From: a virus
Lineage: Duplodnaviria; Caudoviricetes
Virus record (IMG/VR): IMGVR_UViG_3300047557_001143
Coordinates: 1 to 56,291 of that record
Length of the DNA: 56,291 bases
Strand: one strand, 5' to 3'
Numbering within the stretch: position 1 is the first letter of the stretch; every line of letters begins with the position of its first letter. This document shows positions 42,824 to 50,811 of the stretch, one piece after another. The notes beneath the pieces were generated by a model. That model searched no databases, was not told where the DNA came from, and saw nothing but the letters and a program-made list of their open reading frames with translations. Made by a program: the position numbers and the translations under genes.

Positions 42824-43036
42824 ATGACAGCCACCAACGCACTGACCGCCAAGCGTACTTGGATTGCCTACATCGACGATGAGCGCGATCTTGGCAACAG
42901 CATCATCGTGACGCTCGCCGACGGTTGGGAATTCGCTGATGAGCCTGGGTGTGGCGTGCGAGGTTTTGACACCATGAGTGAAGTGAAGGCGGGGACTCTG
43001 AAGTCCTGCGTGCAGAAGTCTAAGGAACTCGCCTAA
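42824..43036 (+). CDS. Early hypothetical protein
   Basis: IDDER...SIIVTLADGWEF...RGFDT. Confidence 0.7.
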   Translation: MTATNALTAKRTWIAYIDDERDLGNSIIVTLADGWEFADEPGCGVRGFDTMSEVKAGTLKSCVQKSKELA

Positions 43037-43074
43037 CAACACCGGCCCCTTCGGGGGCCAACCTGGAGCAAAAC

Positions 43075-43293
43075 ATGAAGCACGAAGCAACATTTGAGAC
43101 CACGGTGGCCGGCATCCCTTGTGGCGTGGTGGTGACGCATTACGAGATCGATCGCGCAGATGACGGCGACTTCGTGGAGCGTGACTGGTTCCTGGTGGAC
43201 ACCAAGGGCTACCGGGCGAACTGGCTTGAGAAGAAGGTCACCCGCCAGGAAGAGCGCCGCATCGCCTACGAGATCGACGAGGTGATGGCATGA
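43075..43293 (+). CDS. Early hypothetical protein
   Basis: VAGIPC...DTKGYRANWLEKK; UUCG hairpin at 43044-43059 upstream. Confidence 0.7.
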   Translation: MKHEATFETTVAGIPCGVVVTHYEIDRADDGDFVERDWFLVDTKGYRANWLEKKVTRQEERRIAYEIDEVMA

Positions 43294-43430
43294 CTCTCGA
43301 AGACCTGACCCTCCTGGACGAGGCGATCGCAGAGGCAGAGGGCCTCCTGAGTGCTGCAGAGTGGTACTGGATCCAGGCAGCCCTCGAAGGCCAGTGGGCT
43401 GAGTTTTATCGCAGTGTTGGACTGATCTGA
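43290..43430 (+). CDS. Small acidic hypothetical protein (46 aa)
   Basis: ATGA-coupled start. Confidence 0.5.
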   Translation: MTLEDLTLLDEAIAEAEGLLSAAEWYWIQAALEGQWAEFYRSVGLI

Positions 43431-43443
43431 AAGGTAACTGACC

Positions 43444-43662
43444 ATGGACATGAATCAAATCGAAGAGATGATCCTGACGGGTGTGGACAACAGCACCCCG
43501 GGTATGCGGTACGCACAGGGCTTCGGCCGCCTCGTGGGATTCTTGTGGGGCACCATCGAGCGCATGAGTCCCGAGGATCAGGCGGACACCCGCCGCCGCC
43601 TGGAAGAGTTCGCAGAGTTTTGGTCTGAGAAGGCCAAAAAGGTTGAAGAAACAACCACTTAG
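43444..43662 (+). CDS. Early hypothetical protein
   Basis: GAAAGGTAACTGAC RBS. Confidence 0.65.
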   Translation: MDMNQIEEMILTGVDNSTPGMRYAQGFGRLVGFLWGTIERMSPEDQADTRRRLEEFAEFWSEKAKKVEETTT

Positions 43663-43671
43663 CAGTAAAAT
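43643..43671 (+). promoter_or_regulatory. Sigma70-type promoter
   Basis: TTGAAG-17-TAAAAT. Confidence 0.65.
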
Positions 43672-43705
43672 TCGAGGCTCTCGGGCCTCTTCTCAAGGAG
43701 CAATC

Positions 43706-43870
43706 ATGCTGAAGAAGATCATCGCCGCCCTGGCCATCGCCGGCACCGCAACCGCCGTCTGGGCCTCGTGCACCACGCACACCGTCACCATCAACGGCAA
43801 GACCACCACCTGCACGACCTGCTGCACCGGCTCTGGCGCATATCGGTCCTGCACCACGACCTGCAACTGA
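43706..43870 (+). CDS. Secreted Cys/Thr-rich peptide (54 aa)
   Basis: AAGGAG RBS; signal peptide MLKKIIAALAIAGTATAVWA; 6 Cys in a 34-aa mature part. Confidence 0.75.
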   Translation: MLKKIIAALAIAGTATAVWASCTTHTVTINGKTTTCTTCCTGSGAYRSCTTTCN

Positions 43871-43997
43871 ACCCGCGGCCCCGAGAGGGGGCCAACTCGC
43901 ATGGGGATTGACCTGCGGCCTCGCCTGATGAAACAGGATGAGCGGGTCTGGTGCAACGGACTTCTAAGCCGGAGCGCACTAGAGCAGTCCCCAGTCG

Positions 43998-44102
43998 AGT
44001 TGGTGAATGCGCAGGCTGATGCGCCGGAATAGTCGTGACCGCCTGCGTCGCGCCGACATTAAGGACGGCAGGCAAGCCGGAGATCAGCGCCGGCCACCGA
44101 CT
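43998..44102 (+). ncRNA. C4-type antisense RNA
   Basis: AGTTGGTG/CACCGACT closing stem, GCGCAGGCTGATGCGC and GCCGGAGATCAGCGCCGGC arms (loop CTGAT complementary to ATCAG); matches my recollection of the C4 consensus; upstream long stem from 43894. Confidence 0.75.
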
Positions 44103-44163
44103 ACCCATTCTCCGCAACTCAGGGTTAAACTCCGCGGCAGTGCAATGTCTCTGAAAGTACGAG

Positions 44164-44766
44164 ATGCCCCGCAAATCCACCAAAACAGCGCCTGAGGCCT
44201 CCAAAGCCCCTGACCAAGGGGTAGATACCACCCAGGCCGCAGAAACCGCCGTAGAGCGCAAGAAACCCGGCCCGCCAAAAGGCTCAGGTGGCCGCCCCTC
44301 CAAGTACACCCCGGAACTGGCAGCAGAGATCTGCGTAAGGCTAAGTAACGGAGAGCCGCTAAGGCAAATATGCCGGGATGACCATATGCCCGCTTGGACT
44401 GCGGTGTATGAGTGGATGGCCCGCGACAAAGATCTTTCCGAACGCATCGCGCACGCTCGGGAGCAGGGCTTTGAGGCTCTGGCTGAGGAGGCGCTCCTGA
44501 TCGCTGACACGCCGGTGTTCGGCCAGAAGCAGGTGATGACTGACCAGGGGACTTCCACCACGGTGGAGGATATGTTGGGCCACCGCAAACTCCAGATCGA
44601 GACCCGGCTGAAACTCCTGGCGAAGTGGAACCCGAAGAAGTATGGGGATCGAGTAGCCCTGGCCGGGGATGCGGAGAACCCGCTGAAGGTGGAGGCGGAT
44701 GTCACCATCTTCGACGCCCTGATCCAGAACCTAGAGGCCAAGCGGCAGACGAAGTCGCATGGCTGA
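44164..44766 (+). CDS. terS: Terminase small subunit
   Basis: GRPSKYTPELAAEIC...GEPLRQIC, RKLQIETRLKLLAKWNPKKYGD. Confidence 0.9.
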   Translation: MPRKSTKTAPEASKAPDQGVDTTQAAETAVERKKPGPPKGSGGRPSKYTPELAAEICVRLSNGEPLRQICRDDHMPAWTAVYEWMARDKDLSERIAHAREQGFEALAEEALLIADTPVFGQKQVMTDQGTSTTVEDMLGHRKLQIETRLKLLAKWNPKKYGDRVALAGDAENPLKVEADVTIFDALIQNLEAKRQTKSHG

Positions 44767-46177
44767 CCCGCTGATCGAGACCCTCAAGGATGAGGAAGTC
44801 CGGCGGAAGTTCACCCTGCTACCTGCTGACCGGCAGGCAGCCTTCGCCTGGAGGGCTAAGTGGCTCTCCCAGGCTCACGACCACCAAATCCTGCCTCCTG
44901 GGGACTGGTGGACCATCTGGCTCCTCCTGGCCGGCCGGGGAGCGGGCAAGACCCGCACTGCTGCGGAGCAGATCGGATGGTGGGCCTGGGAGTCTCCCGG
45001 AACCCGGTGGCTCGTAGCAGCCCCGACAAGCGCGGATGTCCGGGCGACCTGCTTTGAGGGGGATTCGGGCTTGATCGCCGTGATTCCCGAGGTCCTGGTG
45101 GCCGACTACAACCGGGCGTACCACGAGATCAAGTTGACCAACGGCAGCCTGATCAAGGGCATCCCGGCCTCTGAGCCTGAGCGCTTCCGCGGTGGCCAGT
45201 GGCACGGAGCGTGGTGCGACGAGTTGGCCGCCTGGGACTACCTGCAGGACGCCTGGGATCAGATCCAGTTCTCCGTCCGCCTGGGCAAGAGAACCCGAAT
45301 ACTCGCCACGACCACCCCAAAGCCCAAGGACTTGATCGTCGACCTCATCGGCCGGGAAGGGGATGATGTCCACCTGACGACAGCGAGCACTTACTCCAAC
45401 CTGGACAACCTCGCGCCATCCTTTCAGCGGCAGATCCTGCAGTACGAGGGGACGAAACTCGGCCGCCAGGAGATCTACGCTGAGATCATCGATCCTGAGG
45501 AGGGCGGCATCGTCAGCCGGGACTGGTTCCGCCTGTGGCCTGCAGACAAGCCCATCCCGAAACTGGAGTTCGTCGTCCAGTCCTACGACTGCGCCTTCAC
45601 GGAGAAGCAGATCAACGACCCGACCGCGGCGATCACCTTCGGCGTCTTCCGCCCCCTGGATGGCCCGATGTCCGTCCTGATCATCGACTGTTGGCAGGAC
45701 CGGCTGCAGTACCCGGATCTCCGGCCGAAGGTCATCGAGGAGTACGAGACCGTCTTCGGCGAGGGCAAGGACAAGAAGCGGGTGGACCTCGTCCTGGTGG
45801 AGGACAAGGCCGCGGGGATCTCCCTAATCCAGGACCTGCAGCGGGCTCATGTCCCGGTGAGGGCCTACAACCCCGGCAGGGCGGACAAGGTGCAGCGGCT
45901 ATCCATCGTGGCCAACATCATCAAGGCCGGGAGGGTGTGGGTGCCGGAGAGCATGAACCGCAAGGGCTATGTCCGGGACTGGGCGGAGGGGATGGTCTCC
46001 CAGGTCTGCTCCTTCCCCAACACGGATCACGACGACTTCTGCGATGCCCTGTCACAGGCCCTGCGGTATCTCCGAGACGCAGGCTTCCTGAACATCGACC
46101 CGCCGCCGGACGAGATCGACGAGGAGGACTATGTGGATGCAGGGGTGAGGAAGCGTGAAAACCCCTACTCTGCTTGA
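44759..46177 (+). CDS. terL: Terminase large subunit
   Basis: Walker A GRGAGKT, Walker B WCDE, ATTTP, nuclease SYDCAF and HDDFCDA. Confidence 0.95.
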   Translation: MADPLIETLKDEEVRRKFTLLPADRQAAFAWRAKWLSQAHDHQILPPGDWWTIWLLLAGRGAGKTRTAAEQIGWWAWESPGTRWLVAAPTSADVRATCFEGDSGLIAVIPEVLVADYNRAYHEIKLTNGSLIKGIPASEPERFRGGQWHGAWCDELAAWDYLQDAWDQIQFSVRLGKRTRILATTTPKPKDLIVDLIGREGDDVHLTTASTYSNLDNLAPSFQRQILQYEGTKLGRQEIYAEIIDPEEGGIVSRDWFRLWPADKPIPKLEFVVQSYDCAFTEKQINDPTAAITFGVFRPLDGPMSVLIIDCWQDRLQYPDLRPKVIEEYETVFGEGKDKKRVDLVLVEDKAAGISLIQDLQRAHVPVRAYNPGRADKVQRLSIVANIIKAGRVWVPESMNRKGYVRDWAEGMVSQVCSFPNTDHDDFCDALSQALRYLRDAGFLNIDPPPDEIDEEDYVDAGVRKRENPYSA

Positions 46178-46181
46178 GATG

Positions 46182-46210
46182 TTGACACCTCCCACACTTT
46201 CCCGCACAAT
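46182..46210 (+). promoter_or_regulatory. Sigma70 promoter
   Basis: TTGACA-17-CACAAT. Confidence 0.8.
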
Positions 46211-46215
46211 CCTTC

Positions 46216-46386
46216 TCGTCTGTCGGGCTGGTAACCCGACAGAAGCACAAGTAGCGAATTGAGAACCCTGCTTAGGCGGGTTTTGGAAAGAGTGGAGTGG
46301 TGTGAAAAAGGCGATCGCGGCCGGTGCGCACACTACGAAGCGGCAATACCAAAGCCCAAAGCCCCCTAAGCAGGGTTTTTTCTTTG
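46216..46386 (+). ncRNA. Structured RNA (5' hairpin, long stem, pseudoknot, U-tract)
   Basis: TCTGTCGGG/CCCGACAGA hairpin; 46261-86 pairs with 46356-81; loop TGGTA complementary to TACCA (46347-51). Confidence 0.65.
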
Positions 46387-46780
46387 GTGCGCCGTGTACC
46401 TTGCCTCAAGAGTCTGTCGGGTTATGGGGAGGCATGGGGTATCCGGAGGAAGCGAAAGCGTAGGCCGGACTGCACCTTCCCTACAACGCTCTGGCTTGAG
46501 GCGAGACGCGCACAGAGGATGCAGGCGCAAAACAGGAGTGCTCCTGACGCATCCGGGGGTTCAAGTCCACCGGGGAGTGCGGCAGGGTCAAGGGCTGTGC
46601 AAGACGGCGCGATGTGCCGGAAAGCCTTGATGGTCGTCCAACACGCAGTGAGACGGCTCCCGGAAGGAAACCTCAGTGGCTCCATGCAGGCCGGGAAAGT
46701 GCTGAAGGTCGCTCTTGAGCGGCCTAAGGCAGTTTCTTGCCCTTCAGTTTCCTAGTCCACCATCAGGCCGGGGAGTAGAG

Positions 46781-47074
46781 ATGAGGATCAACCTGAACTG
46801 CCCTTACAGCGAGAAGGATCAGGTCAAGGCTCTGGGGGCTAGGTGGGATGCTTCCCGCAAGGTTTGGTACATCGTGGATGTTGAGAACCTGACTCCGTTT
46901 CTGAGGTGGTTGCCCAAAGACAGGCAGAAGAAGAAAAGGCCTGTAGAAACTGGGGCGGGCTTCAGGCCGTTGTGTAGTTGCACTACACCGCCGTGGGAAG
47001 ATTGCGAGCACACACAGGGTGTATTGGAGGGTGACGCTTTATCGCATCTCAGGGACATAATGGCCGAGGCATGA
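46781..47074 (+). CDS. DUF5710-like protein
   Basis: LNCPYSEKDQVKALGARWDASRKVWYI. Confidence 0.75.
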   Translation: MRINLNCPYSEKDQVKALGARWDASRKVWYIVDVENLTPFLRWLPKDRQKKKRPVETGAGFRPLCSCTTPPWEDCEHTQGVLEGDALSHLRDIMAEA

Positions 47075-47298
47075 AGACAGAACTCCTCGCAAGCCCGATT
47101 CCGCACGAACTCCCGGCGGCAGAGGTCCGGGTGCAGATCACTCAGTGCCAGAACCGCTTCGAGATACTGGTCAAACCCGGGCAGGAAATTACTTCCTGGG
47201 ATTCCTGGGTGATGCAGGGTAGATTGGCGCAGTGGCTACAAAGCCGCATAGACGCCCAAAAGTCCGGTGGGCATAATCCGCCGAACTCTTTTCCCTGA
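47071..47298 (+). CDS. Hypothetical protein
   Basis: ATGA-coupled 75-aa ORF. Confidence 0.45.
   Translation: MKTELLASPIPHELPAAEVRVQITQCQNRFEILVKPGQEITSWDSWVMQGRLAQWLQSRIDAQKSGGHNPPNSFP
47249..47277 (+). promoter_or_regulatory. Sigma70-type promoter for head operon
   Basis: TAGACG-17-CATAAT, 30 nt before ATG 47307. Confidence 0.55.
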
Positions 47299-47306
47299 GG
47301 CTTGGC

Positions 47307-50300
47307 ATGGTCGACAAAACCGCGGCGGCGCGTCTTCTTGAGGAGATGTTCCCGCAAAAGCCTAAAGAGCCGACCTTCGGAGAGCGGGTGCTTTCCGGTC
47401 AGGCTCCTCAGCAGGCCGAGATGCGGCCGTATGACCCGACGATCCGGGAGCAGGCTGCCACCCTCCTGCAGCGGGGGATGGAACGCCTGGGGACTGACCG
47501 CTACAAAGCCCGTCAGCGGGCGGAGACGGTCATTGGTGGCCCGAGCAGCAACCTGCCCTTAGGGATGGGGTTTGCTGACATCCTGCCTTTTGTCGGCACG
47601 ACCTTCCAGACGCAGGAGGCCGGCAGGGCCCTGGAGAGCGCCGGAGAGGCTGCGAAGAGGGGTGACTATGTCGGGGCCGCTGTTGAGGGCGGCATGGGCG
47701 CTCTAGGGCTTGTTCCTGGCGCTCTGGGTGTTGCCCGCTATGCCCGACCTGTGGGCAACCTGACGGCGTCTGCTCTAGCGGCTGCGCCGAAGGTTCCGGG
47801 TGCTTTGTTGGAGACGGCATTCTCTGGGCCGCTTCCCGGCTCCCGTGAGGCGCAACGGGGCGCCATCAAGATGAAGGGCGGCAACTGGTTGGCCGGTGAG
47901 GTTGAGGGGGCGACTGAAGGATTGAAACCAAAAGGCCTCACTGCCGAGGATCGGCCACACTTGCTTGCTCGTATTGAGGCTATACAGCAAAGGGGTTTTG
48001 CTCCAGTCGATGAAATCCGACAGTTGGATGCTCTTACTCAGAATGAAGCCCTCAACAACTGGATCGACAAGAAACTCAACCGCTACATTAAGAACGAGAT
48101 GGCCACACCGGAAGATCCGGTGCGGAAGTTGGCGGAGCAGGGCATCCTGCACTATCAGCCCCCTGCTGAGTCTCGGGTTATTCAGGCAAATGCTCAACTT
48201 CATCGTGGAAGCAAGCCTCCGCTTGGTCAAAACCTCACCGCTAGGCAGTGGGAAGATGTTGCAGATGCCGCCATCTTCCCGCAACTCGCGGAGTATCAAA
48301 AGGCATTTGGCAATATAGAAAAAAATCCGTGGCTCAATAAGGTTTCGCCTGAAACAGAGGTTTATGGCTTGAGCAGTGGGTCAAGATCGCTTGACCAAGC
48401 AGGTTTCGACCACCTGATCGACGAACTCAAGAACGCCATCCGTCCTGACTCCGACCTTCCTGCTCGTCTGCGCTACAAGCCTGAGGACCTGGAGAAGGTC
48501 ACGATGGAGCAGGCTGTCCGCCGCGTCCACGACATCAACGAATACCGGGCAGCGAAGAAGGCGGAGGCCAACGAGGCTCTGGCCCGCAATCCTGCGACCT
48601 TCACCTTCAAGGAGTACCCGACCGTCCCCGGAAGCGACAAGCCCAACGCAAAGGGGTTGGCGTGGAAGGAGATCCGTGAGCCTGAGGCCGCAGTTGATAA
48701 GGCCGCGTCTCGTCAGCAACTTCAGGATGCCCTCAAGTACGAAGGCGATGTCATGGGCCACTGCGTTGGCGGCTACTGCGACGATGTGCTGTCAGGCAGA
48801 TCTCAGATCTATTCTTTGCGCGACAAGAAGGGCGAGCCCCATGTCACGATTGAGGCGAAACCCGCAAATATAGATGTGGCGAAATGGTTTTCTTCATTGC
48901 CTCAGGAAGAGAAAAACTCCATTCTTGCCGCCGGATATAACGGATACAACATTCGGCATAGTCCGCAATTTAAGCAGGTACAAAATTCATTCCCGCCGGA
49001 AATCATCCAGATCAAAGGCAAGGCCAACCGCGCCCCAAAGGAAGAGTATCTCCCCTTCGTCCAAGACTTCGTCCGCGGCGGTAACTGGTCGCGGGTTGGC
49101 GACTTTCAAAATACCGGTCTGCGCGATATTGAACGCACTCCAAAACTCAAAGAGTGGCTGCGCTCGAAGAACATTGAAACGCCGAGATACCTGACTGAGC
49201 AGGAATACGGCAAGTACGAGAGCGACTTTTTGGCAGAACAACTCGGCATGAAGAAAGGCGGCGCTGTGCAAAAAGTACGCATCTCCGACAATCCGGACAC
49301 AATGAACCTGGAGTTGATGATGGCAGGGGGCGGCAATCCCCGCCAGAAGTTGGCCAAGGCCATCGCTTCCGGGGTGAAGTCTCTGGCCAAGCCGGCAGAG
49401 AAGAAGTCAGTGCTTGAGAGCCTGCCCAAGGAGGAGGCCAAGCCTTACACCGAAAAGCAGGTCCAAAGCACGGCCGAGAAGTTGGTCCCGAAGATTCAGA
49501 AAGAGAATCCCAAACTCTCAGCCGCCGAGGTTGAGAAGCGTGCCTTGCGTCAGGCCGAGCAGAAACTCAAGTGGGAAAAGGTTGAGAAGCCGGAACTGGA
49601 GTCGTCTTACGGTGCTCTGGAGAAGGCCAAGTTCAGCCAGTCCCGCGCAGAGCGCTTGCGCAATGTGCCTGAGGTGGTGGAGAAGCGGATTCAGGAGACG
49701 CGAGACTTCCTGAAGGAGCCCACAGAGCCGTGGCAACCTCCCCGAAAGGAACTGCAGGCCTTCGAGCGCGAGCGCATCAAAGAGGCCCTGGAGGGCTTCC
49801 CTGGCGTAGAGCAGACCCGGTTTCCGCGGTATCAACCCGCTCGTGCTGACCTTAGTTACATCGACGAGATCTACGATGATCCCGTCAACCGTGAACTCAT
49901 CAAGGGGCAGATTGCCCGAGGCTTGCCTCTTGGAGGGGAGACTTTCTATGCCTCCCTGTATCCGCTGAAGTTGGCGGCCTTGGACCGCGGCATCCCTGAA
50001 GAGAAGTTCAATCAGTTCATCTACAGCATCGCGCCGGCCTCCGCCCGCAACTCCATCATGAACGAGATGGCGGTCGGCCAGTTCATGCGGGATATGTATG
50101 CCCGCGGGCTGCCGTTGGATGAGGCGACCGTAAGCCGCGAGATGGCCGAGTTTGCTCAGAAGTACGGCAAGGGCCTGCCGCTGATGCCTGTGCATCGTGA
50201 GGGCGTCAAGAATGTTCTGGAGGGGCAGCAGGACCTGCGCGAGATGCTCAAGGCCGACATCCCGACCAACTACAAGATCCCGACCTACGGCACCCAGAAG

Positions 50301-50801
50301 GCGGGCGACTTCGGCAAGTCCATGGTGTTGGATGTCCACGAGTCTGCAGGCCAGACCCGCGGCAGCCGGTATCACCCTTACTTCACGGAGCAGGGCGGAT
50401 TCGGTCCGACCGAATACGGAGCGGCAGAGGGCAAGATGCTCGACATTGCCGGTGAGATGGGCATTCCTGGCGGGATGGCTCAGGCCGGCCGGTGGTTCGG
50501 CGGCGGCGAACTCACGGGACTGGTGTCGCCCCGCGGTGATGCTTTGGACCTGTTGGAGAAGCAAGCCGCGTACACCCTCAACGGCATGGGCGTAAAGCCT
50601 ACGCCGCGGAATGTGCGCAACTACATCCTGGACATGGTAGAGACCGGCCAGGGCGTTCTAATGCCCTGGTACAGCAAGACCAAGCCGATGCCTGATGTCC
50701 GCACCGAGAAGAAAAAGGGCGGCGCAGTGCGTAAGCCGAGGGGCAAGAAGGTCGAGATCACCGACAACCTTGACGCCATGCGACTGGCTGTCCAAAAGTA
50801 G
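47307..50801 (+). CDS. Large polyvalent internal protein (PcfJ-like domain plus a second enzyme-like domain)
   Basis: EGDVMGHCVGGY...IYSLRD...PHVTIE...QIKGKAN; C-terminal LDVHE...AQAGRW; two KKGGAV...ISDN.D.M.L linkers. Confidence 0.75.
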   Translation: MVDKTAAARLLEEMFPQKPKEPTFGERVLSGQAPQQAEMRPYDPTIREQAATLLQRGMERLGTDRYKARQRAETVIGGPSSNLPLGMGFADILPFVGTTFQTQEAGRALESAGEAAKRGDYVGAAVEGGMGALGLVPGALGVARYARPVGNLTASALAAAPKVPGALLETAFSGPLPGSREAQRGAIKMKGGNWLAGEVEGATEGLKPKGLTAEDRPHLLARIEAIQQRGFAPVDEIRQLDALTQNEALNNWIDKKLNRYIKNEMATPEDPVRKLAEQGILHYQPPAESRVIQANAQLHRGSKPPLGQNLTARQWEDVADAAIFPQLAEYQKAFGNIEKNPWLNKVSPETEVYGLSSGSRSLDQAGFDHLIDELKNAIRPDSDLPARLRYKPEDLEKVTMEQAVRRVHDINEYRAAKKAEANEALARNPATFTFKEYPTVPGSDKPNAKGLAWKEIREPEAAVDKAASRQQLQDALKYEGDVMGHCVGGYCDDVLSGRSQIYSLRDKKGEPHVTIEAKPANIDVAKWFSSLPQEEKNSILAAGYNGYNIRHSPQFKQVQNSFPPEIIQIKGKANRAPKEEYLPFVQDFVRGGNWSRVGDFQNTGLRDIERTPKLKEWLRSKNIETPRYLTEQEYGKYESDFLAEQLGMKKGGAVQKVRISDNPDTMNLELMMAGGGNPRQKLAKAIASGVKSLAKPAEKKSVLESLPKEEAKPYTEKQVQSTAEKLVPKIQKENPKLSAAEVEKRALRQAEQKLKWEKVEKPELESSYGALEKAKFSQSRAERLRNVPEVVEKRIQETRDFLKEPTEPWQPPRKELQAFERERIKEALEGFPGVEQTRFPRYQPARADLSYIDEIYDDPVNRELIKGQIARGLPLGGETFYASLYPLKLAALDRGIPEEKFNQFIYSIAPASARNSIMNEMAVGQFMRDMYARGLPLDEATVSREMAEFAQKYGKGLPLMPVHREGVKNVLEGQQDLREMLKADIPTNYKIPTYGTQKAGDFGKSMVLDVHESAGQTRGSRYHPYFTEQGGFGPTEYGAAEGKMLDIAGEMGIPGGMAQAGRWFGGGELTGLVSPRGDALDLLEKQAAYTLNGMGVKPTPRNVRNYILDMVETGQGVLMPWYSKTKPMPDVRTEKKKGGAVRKPRGKKVEITDNLDAMRLAVQK

Positions 50802-50811
50802 AAAGTAACCC

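Noticed and set aside
43920-43945. Hammerhead ribozyme (CTGATGA followed by GAAA)
   Set aside because: The two core motifs overlap with no stem II; reads as a simple CCTG/CAGG hairpin
46520-46585. tRNA gene (GGTTCAAGTCC)
   Set aside because: Only a T-arm-like hairpin; I could not build D-arm, anticodon arm and acceptor stem
46324-46755. 143-aa ORF in the post-terminase gap
   Set aside because: No RBS, crosses the terminator-like stem, and has atypical composition
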